From: Bacteroidetes bacterium CG2_30_33_31
GTDB taxonomy: Bacteria > Bacteroidota > Bacteroidia > Bacteroidales > UBA1556
Reading direction: 5' to 3'
Assembly (NCBI GenBank): GCA_001872625.1
Contig: MNXP01000021.1
Location: forward strand, 2,052 to 66,051
DNA: 64,000 nucleotides
Below the pieces are notes generated by a model. It did no database searches, was not told the DNA's origin, and was given only the letters and a program-made list of their open reading frames with translations. Below are positions 61,482 to 64,000 of this stretch, piece by piece; positions within the stretch are counted from its first letter, which is position 1; every line of letters starts with the position of its first letter. Both the position numbers and the translations under genes were made by a program.

Positions 61482-63029
61482 TTAAAATGGTGGAATACCA
61501 TGTTTTTTATCTGGATTATGAATTATTTTATTTTTAGATATTTCCAAGGCATGAACAATAAATCTTCGTGTTTCTTTTGGTTCAATCACAGCATCAATAT
61601 AGCCATAAGCAGCAGCCACATAAGGATTTGCAAATTTAGTCTTATATTCTTCAACTTTTTCCTGACGCATTTTATCTGGGTCGGCAGCCTCGTTTATTTC
61701 TTTACGGAAGATGATATTAGCTGCACCTTCTGGCCCCATTACAGCGATTTCTGCTGTAGGCCAAGCAAACACAAAGTCGGCACGTAAATGGTTGGAGCAC
61801 ATTGCAATATATCCCCCTCCATAAGCTTTACGAAGTATTACTGTAATTTTTGGAACTGTAGCTTCTGAATATGCATAAAGCAATTTTGCACCATGACGTA
61901 TAACTCCAGCATGCTCTTGGTCAATTCCAGGAAGATAGCCCGGTAGATCGACAAGTGTAAGCAATGGGATATTAAAAGCATCGCAGTAGCGAATGAATCT
62001 GGCGGCTTTGTCCGATGAATCAACATCCAAAACACCAGCAAGATACATTGGTTGATTTGCCACAATACCAACAGTTTCACCATTAACTCTGGCAATTCCA
62101 ATAGTAATATTTTGAGCAAACATAGCTTGAATTTCAAAGAAGTCGGAGTTATCTGATATGGCTCTGATTACATCTCTCACATCATAAGGTTGTTTTGAAT
62201 CAGAGGGCATTATAGAACCAATTTTAAAGGTTCTCGATTTAGGCATTTTAATAGGATAAGCTTTAGCTTTATTCTTATTATTCCATGGTATATATGAGAA
62301 AAGAGTTTTAATTTGTGTAAAACATTCTTTTTCGCTTTCTGCATAAAAGTGAGCATTTCCAGTGATAGCAGCATGAACTCTTGCTCCGCCCAAATCTTCC
62401 ATAGATATTTCTTCACCAAGAACTGATTTGATTACTTCTGGTCCAGTGATGAACATTTTAGAAATTTTATCAACCACAAAAACAAAATCTGTGAGTGCTG
62501 GAGAATAAACGGCTCCACCAGCGCAAGGTCCTAATATTACAGATATTTGCGGTATTACTCCTGATGCTAATGTGTTGCGATAGAATATTTCGCCATAGCC
62601 AGCCAAAGAATTTACGCCTTCTTGAATACGAGCTCCACCAGAGTCGTTGATACCAATTAAAGGGACTTGCAATTTCAGCGCATGATCCATTATTTTTACA
62701 ATTTTACGTGCATGCATATAGCCCAAAGAGCCACCAGCAACAGTAAAATCTTGTGCATAAATGCAAACTGGGTAGCCATTCATCAAACCAGTTCCTGTCA
62801 ACACTCCATCGCCAGCAAGATATTTTTTATCCATGTCGAAATCTTTGGCAGCATGCTCAACAAATAAGTCATACTCTTGAAAGGAATTCTCGTCTAACAA
62901 TGCTATAATTCTTTCGCGAGCAGTCATTTTCCCCATTGCAACTTGTTTTTCAATTGCTTTGTCTCCTCCACCGCTGGCAGCATTTTTCATGCGCTTGCGG
63001 AGTTCATTAGTTTTTGATCTTAAAGACAT
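61482..63029 (-). CDS. pccB: Acyl-CoA carboxyltransferase beta subunit (PccB/MmdA)
   Basis: DSGGARIQEG, GPCAGGAVYSPA, RKAYGG, KKHG.PP. Confidence 0.9.
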   Translation of the reverse strand: MSLRSKTNELRKRMKNAASGGGDKAIEKQVAMGKMTARERIIALLDENSFQEYDLFVEHAAKDFDMDKKYLAGDGVLTGTGLMNGYPVCIYAQDFTVAGGSLGYMHARKIVKIMDHALKLQVPLIGINDSGGARIQEGVNSLAGYGEIFYRNTLASGVIPQISVILGPCAGGAVYSPALTDFVFVVDKISKMFITGPEVIKSVLGEEISMEDLGGARVHAAITGNAHFYAESEKECFTQIKTLFSYIPWNNKNKAKAYPIKMPKSRTFKIGSIMPSDSKQPYDVRDVIRAISDNSDFFEIQAMFAQNITIGIARVNGETVGIVANQPMYLAGVLDVDSSDKAARFIRYCDAFNIPLLTLVDLPGYLPGIDQEHAGVIRHGAKLLYAYSEATVPKITVILRKAYGGGYIAMCSNHLRADFVFAWPTAEIAVMGPEGAANIIFRKEINEAADPDKMRQEKVEEYKTKFANPYVAAAYGYIDAVIEPKETRRFIVHALEISKNKIIHNPDKKHGIPPF

Positions 63030-63212
63030 AATTTATATTTTGTTTGTCAATAAATTCTTTAATAATTTAGTACATTAAATTTCCTTCCCAACCATCGGCA
63101 AAAGTATATTATATTATGGTTTGTTCCAACATAAAATTTTCAACCTTATTGCTTAAAATATTATAATTCAGATTAATAGATGATAAATTTAGACTAATTA
63201 TATATAAAAGCT

Positions 63213-63899
63213 TTACTCAATAAAATCTTTTGATTTTGAGTTACAAACTATTACAAACTCGCCTTTTAATACGTTGTTGTTGAAATGATTAATAACTTCC
63301 AAAATGCTTCCTCTGACAGTTTCTTCAAACATTTTGCTCAGCTCTCTACTGACAGAAATTTGATGTTCTTCGCCAAAAATTTCCATCAATTGCGTCAAAG
63401 TTTTAATAATTCGGTAGGGCGATTCATAGAGGACAAAAGTGTATTTGCTTTCTGCGAGTTCTTTTAGTCGAGTTTGGCGACCTTTTTTATGAGGTAAAAA
63501 ACCTTCAAAGGTAAATCTATCGCAAGCCAATCCTGAATTTACAAGTGCTGGAATTAATGCCGTTGCTCCTGGAAGTGTTTCAATTTCAATGCCTTGAGCA
63601 ACGCATTCGCGAGCTATGAAAAAGCCTGGGTCGCTAATTCCGGGCGTGCCTGCATCTGTAACTAAAGCAATGTTTTTACCTGTTTTCAACTCTTCAATTA
63701 TTTTTTCTGTTACCTTGTGTTCATTATGCTGATGATACGACCACAATTGATTTGTTATACCATAATGTTGTAATAATTTGGAAGTTACGCGAGTGTCTTC
63801 TGCTAAAATCAAATTTACTTCCTTTAGAATTCTTACAGCTCTGAAAGTAATATCTTCTAAATTTCCTATGGGAGTAGGTACAAGATAAAGTTTTGCCAT
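63213..63899 (-). CDS. rsmI: 16S rRNA (cytidine1402-2'-O)-methyltransferase
   Basis: PTPIGNLEDIT, AEDTR, DAGTPGISDPG, YESP.R. Confidence 0.96.
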   Translation of the reverse strand: MAKLYLVPTPIGNLEDITFRAVRILKEVNLILAEDTRVTSKLLQHYGITNQLWSYHQHNEHKVTEKIIEELKTGKNIALVTDAGTPGISDPGFFIARECVAQGIEIETLPGATALIPALVNSGLACDRFTFEGFLPHKKGRQTRLKELAESKYTFVLYESPYRIIKTLTQLMEIFGEEHQISVSRELSKMFEETVRGSILEVINHFNNNVLKGEFVIVCNSKSKDFIE

Positions 63900-64000
63900 T
63901 AGATTGATTTTAAAAATTCAAGCATAAGTTTAAAAAAATTGTTGTATTCTGTAAAAGGCAAATCTTTATATTTATCCATAACATTATGATATTCAGAATA
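63899..64000 (-). CDS. C-terminal end of an upstream gene (possibly M28 peptidase), 5' truncated
   Basis: Open frame YSEYHNVMDKYKDLPFTEYNNFFKLMLEFLKSI*, whose TAA overlaps the rsmI ATG. Confidence 0.5.
   Translation of the reverse strand, partial: YSEYHNVMDKYKDLPFTEYNNFFKLMLEFLKSI

Overview
AT-rich window from a Bacteroidota chromosome, indicated by TAnnTTTG/TTTG promoters, T9SS PorZ plus a type A cargo protein, and Bacteroidota-type gene families. The genetic code is standard code 11, with TGA used as a normal stop. The backbone is housekeeping: relA end, sigma54 activator-lptE-secG-groESL, serS, rnhB, purD, upp, tpx, dnaG, gcvP, rplU-rpmA, porZ-recO, acyl-CoA carboxylase and rsmI. Two accessory loci stand out. 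(1) A ~14-kb minus-strand cytochrome island (23.8-37.6 kb) holds about 36 c-heme motifs. It encodes a Cys-rich Fnr-like regulator followed by two tandem FNR boxes, a hexaheme lipoprotein, a monoheme lipoprotein, a beta-barrel, a soluble monoheme cytochrome, a heptaheme/cytochrome b pair, a fused CcsBA maturase, an EB_dh-like heme lipoprotein and a 19-heme/cytochrome b fusion. Together these look like a complete anaerobic quinol-to-cell-surface electron conduit in a Bacteroidota organism. (2) A copper locus has divergent mbnH-mbnP genes and an OprC-like TonB receptor that is broken by a single in-frame TGA. No rRNA, tRNA, CRISPR array or mobile element was recognised. All family calls come from motif recognition only, with no database searches.
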